Origin: an uncultured Planctomycetaceae bacterium
Lineage (GTDB): Bacteria; Planctomycetota; Planctomycetia; Pirellulales; PALSA-1355
NCBI GenBank assembly: GCA_963787355.1
Contig: CAWBCP010000008.1
Coordinates: 327,682-391,681, forward strand
Length of the DNA stretch: 64,000 bases
Direction: 5' to 3'
Part shown: piece after piece, positions 51,015 to 62,186 of the stretch
Layout of the letters: every line of letters begins with the position of its first letter
Position numbering within the stretch: position 1 is the stretch's first letter
Program-made: the position numbers and the translations under genes
Notes under the pieces: model-generated
Databases searched by the model: none
What the model was told of the DNA's origin: nothing
The model's input: the letters and a program-made list of their open reading frames with translations, nothing else

Positions 51015-51893
51015 TCAGTCTCGGGGCTGACGCTGCCGGCCTCGATGGGCGCTGAAGCGGATCGCGGCGCCGGCGTGCAGCCAGCCGCCGGCAACCGACG
51101 CCAAGGCCATGTCGAGGCCACTGATTGTACCTTCGTCGCGAAGCTCCGGTTTCTTGGCTAACACTTCCCTCATGAAGTCGGAGGGATGCGCCCACTCGCC
51201 CGAGTGGCACGTGAGCAACATGAACGCCGGCCGGCCGCCCGCCAGCTCCAGGCAGCTCGACAGCAGCTTGCCGAAATCGGTTTCCAGCTTCCACACCTCG
51301 CCGTGGGGGCCGTGGCCATAGGCGGGCGGATCGAGAACCAGGCCGTCGTAGCGCCGCCCGCGCTTCAGCTCGCGGCCAACGAACTTCAGCGCGTCGTCGA
51401 CGATCCAGCGGATCGGAGCCTCGCTCAGGTCCGACAGCAGCGCGTTGCGCCGCGCCCAGGCGACCACGCCGGGGGCCGCGTCGACGTGGGTCACCTCGGC
51501 CCCGGCCGCGGCCGCCGACAACGTCGCGGCGCCGGTGTAGGCGAACAGGTTCAGCACCCGGACCGGCCGCCCGTGGGCCCGCACCTGTTCGGCGAGCCAG
51601 GTCCAGTTGTCGGCCTGTTCGGGAAAGACGCCCACCTGGCCGAACTCGGTGAGTTTCAGCTCCAGCGCGAGCTCGGCAAACCGCAACGGCCAGCTTTCCT
51701 CGATGGCTGGCGACCAGCGGCCCCTACCTGCCTGGCGGTCGTAGCGGGCATCGGCCCCAGCCCAGCGGGCCGGGTCGCGCCGCTCAAGTCCCTCGGCGGC
51801 CGGTGCCGGGCGATCGAGCACCCAGCGGCCAAACCGCTCGAGTTTTCGCCCCTGGCCAAAGTCGAGCAGTTGGTATGGATCGCGGGGGAGCAT
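51015..51893 (-). CDS. Class I SAM-dependent methyltransferase (RlmI/RlmK-like)
   Basis: YQLLDFGQGRKLERFG, GVFPEQADNW, LNLFAYTG, LDPPAYG. Confidence 0.9.
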   Translation of the reverse strand: MLPRDPYQLLDFGQGRKLERFGRWVLDRPAPAAEGLERRDPARWAGADARYDRQAGRGRWSPAIEESWPLRFAELALELKLTEFGQVGVFPEQADNWTWLAEQVRAHGRPVRVLNLFAYTGAATLSAAAAGAEVTHVDAAPGVVAWARRNALLSDLSEAPIRWIVDDALKFVGRELKRGRRYDGLVLDPPAYGHGPHGEVWKLETDFGKLLSSCLELAGGRPAFMLLTCHSGEWAHPSDFMREVLAKKPELRDEGTISGLDMALASVAGGWLHAGAAIRFSAHRGRQRQPRD

Positions 51894-51971
51894 GCGTCGG
51901 TATTTCGCCCGGGGAAAATTCGGAAGAATGTGCGCTGACTGGCCATCATAATGCGTATCGACGCCTGGAAG

Positions 51972-52008
51972 GTGCCACGGGTGGCTGTGCAGCAGACACC
52001 CGTGGCAC
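51972..52008. repeat. REP-like hairpin (GTGCCAC family)
   Basis: GTGCCACGGGTG...CACCCGTGGCAC, a perfect 12-bp stem. Confidence 0.75.
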
Positions 52009-52040
52009 ACGAACACGCCCGTTGCAAAGCGCCGCGCTTC

Positions 52041-54060
52041 CTATCCGCGATTCCGCTCGCGCTTGGCGGCCGTCTTGCGCTCAGGGCGGTAGCCCTTGGC
52101 GGGCTTCGAGCGGATGTGGTCGCCGGACGTTTGTTCCGTCAGCGAGCGGGCGGCTTCCTGGCGGCGGCGGTCGAGCGCCGCATGCGGCGGCTGCGCGGGG
52201 ATCAGGCAGTCGCAGCCCGAGCCGATCAGGTCCTGCCGCCCGGCCTGCTCCAAGGCGCGGCGAACCTCGAAATAGTTCTCGGGCTTGAAGAACTGCATGA
52301 GCGCGCGCTGCAGCTTGCGGTCGCGGAGGTGCCGGGCGATGTAGACCGGCTTCTTGGTGAACGGGTCGAGGCCCGTGTGGTACATCGAGGCCGCGATGTC
52401 GAACGGGCTGGGGATGAAATCCTGCACCTGGTCGGGGCGATAGTGATTGCGCTTGAGGAACAGCGCCAGGTCGATCATCGAGTCGAGCGTGCTGCCCGGG
52501 TGGCTGGCAATGAAATAGGGGACCAGAAACTGCTTCTTGCCGGCGGCTTGCGAAGCTCTGGCGAACTCCTGGCCGAACTTCTCGAAGTCGTCGTTGGCCG
52601 GCTTTTTCATCAGGGCCAGCACGGTCGGGTCGGTGTGCTCGGGCGCCACTTTCAAATGGCCGCCCACGTGGTGCTCGGCCAGCTCGCGCATGTACTCGGG
52701 GCTTTTGCGAGCCAGGTCCATGCGAATGCCCGAGGCCACGAAGACCTTTTTCACGCCCGGCGTCTGGCGGGCCTGCTTCATCAGCTCGACTAGCGGGCCG
52801 TGGTCGGTGCCCAGCAGCTTGCAGACGGTTGGGTGCACGCAGCTCAGACGGCGGCAGCGGGCTTCGACCTCCGGGCGGCTGCAGCGCATCTGGTACATGT
52901 TGGCCGTGGGGCCGCCGATGTCGCTGACGATGCCTTTGAACTGGGGATCGGCCGCCATCTGGCGGATTTCGCCCAGCACCGACTGCGGGCTGCGGCTTTG
53001 GATGATGCGGCCTTCGTGGGCCGTGATCGAGCAGAACGTGCAGCCGCCAAAGCAGCCGCGCATGATCTGCACCGAGTCCTTCACCACTTCATAGGCCGGA
53101 ATCGTCTGGTCGCGGTAGCTGGGGTGCGGCTTGCGCGTGAAGGGCAGGCCATAGACGCGGTCCATTTCGGCCTGCGACAGCGGAATGGCCGGCGGGTTGG
53201 CCACCACCGCTTCGCGATCGTGATATTGCACCAGCCGCCGGGCGTTGTAGGGGTTCGTCTCGTTGTGGGCGATTTTCGTCAGCTCGCTGAAAGCCCACTT
53301 GTCGGTCGCGACGGCTTCGTAGCTGGGCAGCGTGAGCGTGTCTTCCGTGGGCGGCGATTCCTTGGCCCCCAGCCGGTAGGCGACGCCGCGCATGTCGCGC
53401 AGATCGCGCACGGTCTGGCCGGCCGCCAGGCGATGGGCGATCTCGACGATGCCCCGCTCGCCCATGCCGAAGACCAGCAGGTCGGCCTTGCAATCGAGCA
53501 GGATCGAGCGGCGCACCTTGTCGCTCCAGTAGTCGTAGTGCGCCAGCCGCCGCAAACTGGCCTCGACGCCGCCGGCGATCACCGGCACGCCGCGATACGC
53601 TTCGCGGGCCCGCTGGCAATAGGCGAGCGTGGCCCGATCGGGGCGGCGGCCGATCTGGCCGCCGGGGCTGTAGGCATCGTCGTTGCGGCACCTTGCGGTT
53701 GGCCGTGTAGTGGTTGATCATCGAGTCCATGTTGCCGGCGCTGACGGCAAAAAACAGCCGCGGCCGGCCGAACGTCCGCCAGGCGTCGCAGGCGTGCCAA
53801 TCGGGCTGGCTGAGGATCGCCACGCGAAAGCCTTCGCTTTCCAACAGCCGCCCCAACAGGGCCATCGCAAAGCTCGGATGATCGACGTAGGCGTCGCCGG
53901 TGACGAACACGACGTCAACAGCCTCCCAGCCGCGGTCGAGCATTTCGGCGCCGACATCGGCAAGGGGGGCGTCGCAGCGGGGCGCGCCGCCCCCCGCCGG
54001 GCGGCCGACGCTAATATCGCCCAGGACGGGCAGGCTCGAATTCGAAGTTATCGAGGGCAT
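52041..54060 (-). CDS. ygiQ: YgiQ family (UPF0313) radical SAM protein (frameshift ~53690)
   Basis: [34 protein letters not shown] (CxxxCxxC), [19 protein letters not shown]. Confidence 0.95.
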
Positions 54061-54159
54061 TTGCAAGGTGCGGCGCAAAAGCTTGAATTTATCGCGCCGC
54101 CAGTGAAGTGTGGATTGAGCAAGGCAGCCAGGTATTCTACCACTGGCGGGTGCGATCTA

Positions 54160-54249
54160 AAAAAGGGGGGGACGGGAGACGTTTTTTTCACTCATGCCTC
54201 GTTAGCGGCCCATCGATGTCCTGAAAAACGACTGCCGTCCCCCCTTTTT
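54160..54249. repeat. Inverted repeat (AAAAGGGGGGACGG / CCGTCCCCCCTTTT), REP-like
   Basis: Arms at about 54160-54190 and 54222-54249. A half copy occurs at 18190-18207. Confidence 0.7.
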
Positions 54250-54328
54250 CATTCCGCCGTCGGTCTACAATGAAGCGTCGTCCGGCCAACTTTGCCCCTG
54301 GCGTCAATCACTTTTGCTCGAACGAATC

Positions 54329-54557
54329 ATGTCCGAACCGCGATCCAAGTATTCCCCCCGGCTCATCTTAGCGGCCATCATGCTCGCGCTGTTGGCGTGG
54401 GCTGGCTACATCGCCGCCGGTTCGTACTGGGTGGCGCGAGAACAACTCGAATCCCTGGCGGGGCGTGATCGTGCTGCTGTCGATGGCCGTATTTCTCGGA
54501 TTCTGGCTGTTGGCCTTGTGGGTGCAAAGCCGTCGCGGCCCGCGGAGCAGGCCATAG
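54329..54557 (+). CDS. Small two-TM membrane protein (frameshift ~54440)
   Basis: LILAAIMLALLAWAGYIAAGSY joins NPWRGVIVLLSMAVFLGFWLLALWVQSRR. Confidence 0.7.
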
Positions 54558-54846
54558 CTCTCTGCTGCACGGCCTGCCGACGTCCCTGCGCCGCCCTCTC
54601 CCCTCGCGGGAGAGGGACCGCTCGTCGGCGCATGTCGACGAGCAGGGTGAGGGAGGCGGCGCGACCGAGCAACCCCGCTTGAGCGCGTGCCTGGCGGATG
54701 TTTTCGCGGAACTGTCACTTGGCGCAAGCGCGCGTCCCGGCCCGATCGCCGAAGGCGGGCTTGCGCCACCACTTAGGCCCCACCCGCCGCCGCCTGCTCC
54801 GACCCCGCCGGTGGGTTCTTCCGTAGAATCTGCTGGCGAATCTGAA

Positions 54847-54875
54847 TTGTTCACCCGCGGCGATTGCGGCATAAT
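54847..54875 (+). promoter_or_regulatory. Putative sigma70 promoter of the decarboxylase gene
   Basis: TTGTTC-N17-CATAAT. Confidence 0.45.
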
Positions 54876-54995
54876 CGCGGCCGCTTCGTCCGACGGTTTC
54901 ACGAGCGACGTCGCGCAGCCGCCCCTCGTCTTTCGGCGGCCCGCGGGTCGCTCGTCGCAAGACGCAAAAAAAGCCACACGCGAGGCCCATCCACC

Positions 54996-56697
<1,702 letters not shown>

Positions 56698-56725
56698 TTC
56701 GGCTGGCGCCTGCGCGGCTACGAAA

Positions 56726-56788
56726 ACGAGCCCGACGCGCAAGCGAGGGTTCTTCGTTCAGCGTCCCTCGCTTGCGCGTCGGATTCGT
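56726..56788. repeat. REP-like inverted pair (CCCGACGCGCAAGCGAGGG family)
   Basis: CCGACGCGCAAGCGAGGG and CCCTCGCTTGCGCGTCGG are exactly complementary. Confidence 0.85.
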
Positions 56789-56840
56789 GTTGTCGGGTTA
56801 GTGCAGAAGAAGAGCCTCGCGATGCTGCGGGGAGTTTTCC

Positions 56841-57636
56841 ATGCCCCGATTCTCTGGCGAAGTCATCGTGATTACCGGCGCCAGCTCGGGCATCGGGCGG
56901 GCGGCTGGCCGAAGAGCTAGCAGCGCAGGGGCCAAAGCTCGTGCTGGCGGCCCGCAATGTCGAACGGCTGGAAGCGGCCGCCGACGCCTGCCGCCGCCGT
57001 GGTGCCGAAGCAATCGCCGTGCCCACGGACGTGACCAGCCAGTGCAATGCGCCGCCCTGATCGAAGCGGCCATCGCCCGTTTCGGCCGGCTCGACGTGCT
57101 GGTGAACAACGCCGGCCGGGCGATGTGGGCCCGCTTCGACCAGTTGGCTGACGCCTCGGTGATCGAAGACCTGATGCGCGTCAATTTTCTGGGCGGCGTC
57201 TACTGCACGCACGCGGTGCTTGAACACCTGAAGCAGTCGCGGGGATTGATCGTGGCGCTGGCCAGCATCTCGGGCCTGACCGGGGTGCCGTTGCTCAGCG
57301 GCTATGCTGCCAGCAAGCACGCTATCATCGGCTTTTTCGAGTCGCTGCGGATCGAACTGGCCGAAAGCGGGGTCGGCGTGACCATCGCGGCCCCCGACTT
57401 CGTGCAATCGGAGATTCTGGAGCGGGCAACCGGCAAGGACGGTCTGCCGCTGGACCACAGCCCGCTCGAGCAGTCGAAGTTGATGACCGCCGAGGCCTGC
57501 GCCCGGCGGATCGTGCGGGCAATGGCGGGCCGACGGCGGCTGGTGTTCACGTCGCAGCGATCGGCCTTTGCGCTGGGGGAAACTGCTGGCGCCGAAGCTC
57601 GTCGACCGCATCTCCCGGCGGGCCGTCGGGGACTGA
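56841..57636 (+). CDS. Short-chain dehydrogenase/reductase (several frameshifts)
   Basis: ITGASSGIG, LVNNAG, catalytic YAASK. Confidence 0.92.
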
Positions 57637-57809
57637 GATTCATCGACGCGCAAGTTCCCCGGGGGAACTACTTCCTTAGTGGAATCGCTATTGGGGCCAG
57701 CGACCGGCAGCGGCTAAGATTCCCCGCAATCGGCCGCCCGCTGGCGCCGCCAGCAGGGCTCGAAATGCCGCAAGCCGCCCGCCGTCACGCCGCTCGATGA
57801 GACGAAGCG

Positions 57810-58921
57810 ATGTTGAAGCTCAAGCCTGATGCCCGCATCCTGATCGTGCGTCTGACCGCCATCGGCGACGTCGTCCACGCGATTCCGACCGCCTGTGCGC
57901 TGCGCGAAGCGCTGCCCGGCGCCTTTCTGGCCTGGATCGTCGAAGGCCGCCCGGGCGACGTGCTCCAGCGCCATCGGGCACTCGACGAAGTGATCGTGAT
58001 GGAGCGCCATTTCTGGAAGTCGCTGGCCACGATTCGCGCCATGCGCCGCCGCCTGCGCGAGCTGCGCTTCGACGCCACGATCGACATCCAGGGCTTGAGC
58101 AAGAGCTCGATCACCGCCTGGTTGTCGGGCGCGCCGTGGCGCGTGGGCTACGACGGGCGCGACGGGCGCGAAGTGAGCCGCTGGTGCAACAACGTTCGCG
58201 TGCTGCCGAAGACCACGCACATCGTCGATCGGAATCTCGAGCTATTGCAGCCCTTTGGCATCGAGCATCCGCGCGTGCGGTTCGACCTGCAGGATACGCC
58301 CCGCGACGCGGCCACGGCCGCGCGCGTGCTGGAAGAGCGGCAACTTCTCGATCGTTTCGCGCTGGTGAATCCCGGGGCCGGCTGGCGGTCGAAACGCTGG
58401 CCTCCCGACCGCTACGCCGCGGTCACCCGACACCTGGGCCAGCGCACGGCATGGAGTCGCTAGTGGTCTGGGCGGGCGACGAGGAGCGCGCCTGGGCCGA
58501 GCAGATCGTGGCCGGCTCGGGCGGTCATGGCCGGCTGGCGCCGCCGACGACGCTCAAGGAGCTGGTGGCGCTGGCGCGACGCGCGTCGCTGTTCCTTGGC
58601 TCCGACAGCCTGCGCCGTTGCACCTGGCTTCGGCGGTCGACACGCCTTGCATTGCCTTGTTCGGCCCCACGCCGGGCGAGCGGAACGGGCCCTACGGCCC
58701 GCAGCACGTCGTGCTGCAAACCATGCTGCCGCCGCCGACCACGCGCAACAAGCGCCGCAGCGACACCACGGCCATCAACGCCATCACCGTCGCCCAAGCC
58801 TGCGTCGCCAGCGACCAGCTCGTCGAGCAAATGCGCCCGAGCGCAGCGCAGCGCGCAGGATACGCGCACGTGGAGCGACACGTTCCCCAACCCGCTCAAG
58901 CGACCAGCTTGCGGGCCATGA
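57810..58921 (+). CDS. Glycosyltransferase family 9 (LPS heptosyltransferase-like; frameshifts ~58445, ~58612; end approximate)
   Basis: ILIVRLTAIGDVVH, IDIQGLSKS, NPGAGWRSKRWP, HLASAVDTPCIALFGPT. Confidence 0.9.
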
Positions 58922-60217
58922 TGGCGCTGGCCTGGCCTTGCGGGGTGACGTTGACGGTCAAGAAACTCTGGCCCGGATCGGTCGGCTCGGTCACGACGGC
59001 CAACGGGCAGGCGGGGTCGGGGGTGTCGTAGTTGAGCACCTTGAACAGCCGGTCGTGCTTGAGGGCCAGGATGCTGGCGGCCAGCTCGATCAATCCGCTG
59101 CCGGTGCCCAGGTTGCCGAAATAGCTCTTGGCGGCGGTCACCGGCAGCCGGCTGGCGCGTGGCCGAACACGGCTTGAATCGCCCGCGCTTCGTCGGCGTC
59201 GCAACTGCGCGTGCTCAGGCCATGGGCGTGCAGGTGGCCGACGTCCACGGGCTGGCAGTCCGCGTCGCGCAAAGCCGCCTTCATCACGTTGACCAGCGCC
59301 GCTTCGCGGCGCCCCACGCCGTGGGCGTTGGTCACCGAGCTGGAGGCCGTGCCGATCAGCTCGCAGTAGATCTTGGCGCCGCGGGCCTGGGCGGATTGCA
59401 ATTCCTCGAGAATCACGGCGCCGGAGCCTTCGCCCAGCACCATGCCGCTGCGGTTCAGGTCGAACGGCCGGCTGGCGCGGGCCGGGTCGACGCCGTTGGC
59501 AGCGACTTCTTCCTGCGTCAGCGTGTGAACCATCTTCATCGGGTGGACGCGGGTGCCGGTGGTGCCGGCCACCATGATGTCGGCACTGCCGCGGACGATC
59601 GTGCGAAAGGCCTCGCCTACGGCGGCATTGGCCGAGGCCTCGCGCAGCGTGACCGAGTTGTTCGGCCCCCGCAGGTCGTTGTAGATGGCGACGTGGCTGG
59701 CCGGCATGTTAGGCAGGTACTTGAGCAGCCACAGGGGTGTGACCTGCGGCATGCCGTCGGCGGCCCAGCGCGAAAAGTCGAAGTTGCCGCTCTCGTCGAG
59801 GCAGCGGAGGATGCCGGCCGTGAAGTCGTCGGGCAGCGTCAGCATGTAGTCGGAGCCGAACACCACGCCGACGCGGTCCGGGTCGACTTTCGAGGTATCG
59901 CCAAGGCCCGCGTCGGCCAGTGCCTGTTGAGCGGCGGCCACGCCCATCTGCGATTCGCGGCACATCACTTTGAGGCCTTTGCGAATCGCCTTCTTCTTTT
60001 CACCTTGGAGCGGGCCGAAATTCTCGATCGCCCCGGTGAACTCGCGGGCCTCGCCGGCGAACGAAGTCGGCAGGTAGTCGATGGGCACAGCTTGCATCGT
60101 CGCCACGCCACTGCGGCCGGTCGACAGGGCGTCCCAGAACGTTTCCAGCGAGCTTCCCAGGGGGCTGACGACGCCCATCCCGGTGACGACCACGCGACGC
60201 GAGCTATGCGATATCAT
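58896..60217 (-). CDS. Beta-ketoacyl-ACP synthase (FabF-like), non-canonical active site (frameshift ~59160)
   Basis: RRVVVTGMGVVSPLG, ASRPFDLNRSGMVLGEGSG, HAHGLST, KSYFGN. The catalytic Cys position reads TLREAS. Confidence 0.9.
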
Positions 60218-60400
60218 GTGCCATTGCGCCTTGGAAACGGTGCGCTTTATAATTCGTCGAACAGCGATGGCCGACTTAAATGCTTACGTGCGTCCCTTAG
60301 TGTAGCGGCATGCGACTTTTCCGGCGACGGGGGCACGGCTGACATTTCCGACAGGCGGCGTAGTGTTTTCGGACGGTCGACTAAGCCCTCCTCGTATTTC

Positions 60401-60599
60401 GGGTGTCCACGGGTGGCTCGGTGCGCCCGCGATTCCGCACTGCCGGACATGCCAGCAGTGGCACCGAACGCCGTTAACCGTGACATTCTCGGGTGGCACT
60501 GGCATCTTGCCAGTGCAGCCCATGCCATGGCGCCGCCTTGCACTGGCGAGACGCCAGTGCCACCGATAAAAGCAAGGTTAACGGCGTCGAGTGGCACCC
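60401..60599. repeat. Cluster of REP-like elements (GTGCCAC/GTGGCAC families)
   Basis: The pair at 60493-60516 / 60540-60563 is almost identical to 2548-2618. A further degenerate pair lies at 60401-60464. Confidence 0.8.
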
Positions 60600-60628
60600 T
60601 GCATGCGGGCGCAAGCGTGATCACTCGG

Positions 60629-61943
60629 CTAGTAACGCGGCCCGTACGTGGCGGCGTTCCGCTGCGCGGGGGCCAGCGCCGACGGGGGGCTGGCGACCTT
60701 CCCCTTGCTTTCCACGAATACCAGCATCTCGGCCCGCGGGGGCGAAAAGGCCAGCGAGCTGAGCGTGCTGGGCGTGGCGGCCACCGGGGCCGGACCGATG
60801 CCCAGGCTCACCAACAGCACCTGGTCGGCCGGCCAGCGAAAACGCTCGTGCAGCCGCGTGCAGATGCCCTGCGGCACTTCGATCTTGAGCGCTGCCCGCG
60901 CACTGATGGGGTCGACACGTCGATCTGCACGGGAATCATCTTTTCGATCTGGTCGACTTCGCAGCGAATCACCGCGTCGACCACCTTGCCGTCGAGCGAC
61001 AACAGCGGGCTGAACTCGAGCTTGAAGCCCTCGTCGAACTTGCGCCATCTGCGGCTCGAAATCGCCCCAGCCGTCCGGACTTCAGCAGCACGTCGCGCAC
61101 GTAGTTGCGGGCGCGGATGGCCGGCACCTGCGGATTGGCCGTTGTTGACCATCAGGTGCGGCGTGCTGTGCTCCTGGAAGTCCTGCGGCGCGCAGGCGGC
61201 CGAGAAGCAGGGCAAAATCTTCCTTGGCCAGCAGCCAGGCCTGCACGCCCTGGGTCTGCGTGTTGACCGGGTGCAGCATCTTGTGGGCCTTCTATCGCCA
61301 GTTGGGGCTGCCCAGCGTGATCACGCGCATGCCGAAGGCCTGCGACTCGGCCTCGGTGTTGACGAATCGATCGACCAGGTCGGAAACGATCGCGTGCATC
61401 TCGGGCGTGTGGTACATGCGCAGCCGGCGGTTGTCGATGTTCAGGAAGGCCACCGGGGCCGGTGTGCCACGCCTCGTAGCCGGTCTCGCGCAGAATCCAA
61501 TCGAGGATCGCCTGCTCGGGCCGGTTGGTGGAGGTCACGCGCGCGGTGTAGGGAGTGATGTCGTAATCGCGCGATTCCTGGCCGGCGTCACTCGGCAGCG
61601 AATCGGGGCCGGGAGTGACGCGAGCGATCGGGGCATGCGCCGTGGCCGGCACCACGCCGGGCTGACCCGCCGACTCCAACGGCTGCGCCGCGGGCAACAC
61701 AGCCGATTCGCCGCTGGTCCGCAGGATCGTGCTCGACGTGCGCCACTTGAAGTTGCTGCCGCTCGATTTGGTGGCGCTGCTGGGCGGTGCGGTGGCAGCC
61801 CCAGCCGAAGGCGCCGCGCTGGCCGGCGCGGCTGCTCGCGGCGAACTGGCCGGCTGCAAGGGAATCTGCGTGCGCACTTGCGCCTCGGCGGCGGTGACTG
61901 CCAGCAGGGCCGCGGCAGCCGTCATCAGGCACTTCATCGACAT
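60629..61943 (-). CDS. Secreted hypothetical protein, divergent secretin-like (multiple frameshifts)
   Basis: Signal peptide. Reconstructed motifs STPHLMVNNGQSA, GFKLEFSPLLSLDGKVVDAVI, QVLLVSLG and RAEMLVFVE appear in secretin-domain order. Confidence 0.6.
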
Positions 61944-62021
61944 AAGCTCGGCCTCCTTGCCTTGCTCGCGCTCTCGGCCCTTGAACCCGATTGCCCCCGA
62001 GCAGCGCCCTCGCGGGTCGCG

Positions 62022-62050
62022 AGTATAGAAAGGCCGCAAAGGCTCCACAA
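62022..62050 (-). promoter_or_regulatory. Putative sigma70 promoter
   Basis: Minus-strand TTGTGG-N17-TATACT about 80 nt upstream of ATG 61943. Confidence 0.45.
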
Positions 62051-62186
62051 GGGCGGCTGAGGGCGCCGCGTTGGTTTCCACGCGGTTCCGGGCAACGGGC
62101 TGGGCTGTGCCCGGCTTTGACGCTAGCACCGAGTCGCTATCGCGAGCGATCGTGGTCTTCGACGGTCAGCTTGCCCAGCGGCCGCT

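Noticed and set aside
54560-54995. TPP riboswitch upstream of the ThDP enzyme
   Set aside because: The conserved CTGAGA and CCTGA...GGGA elements are absent.
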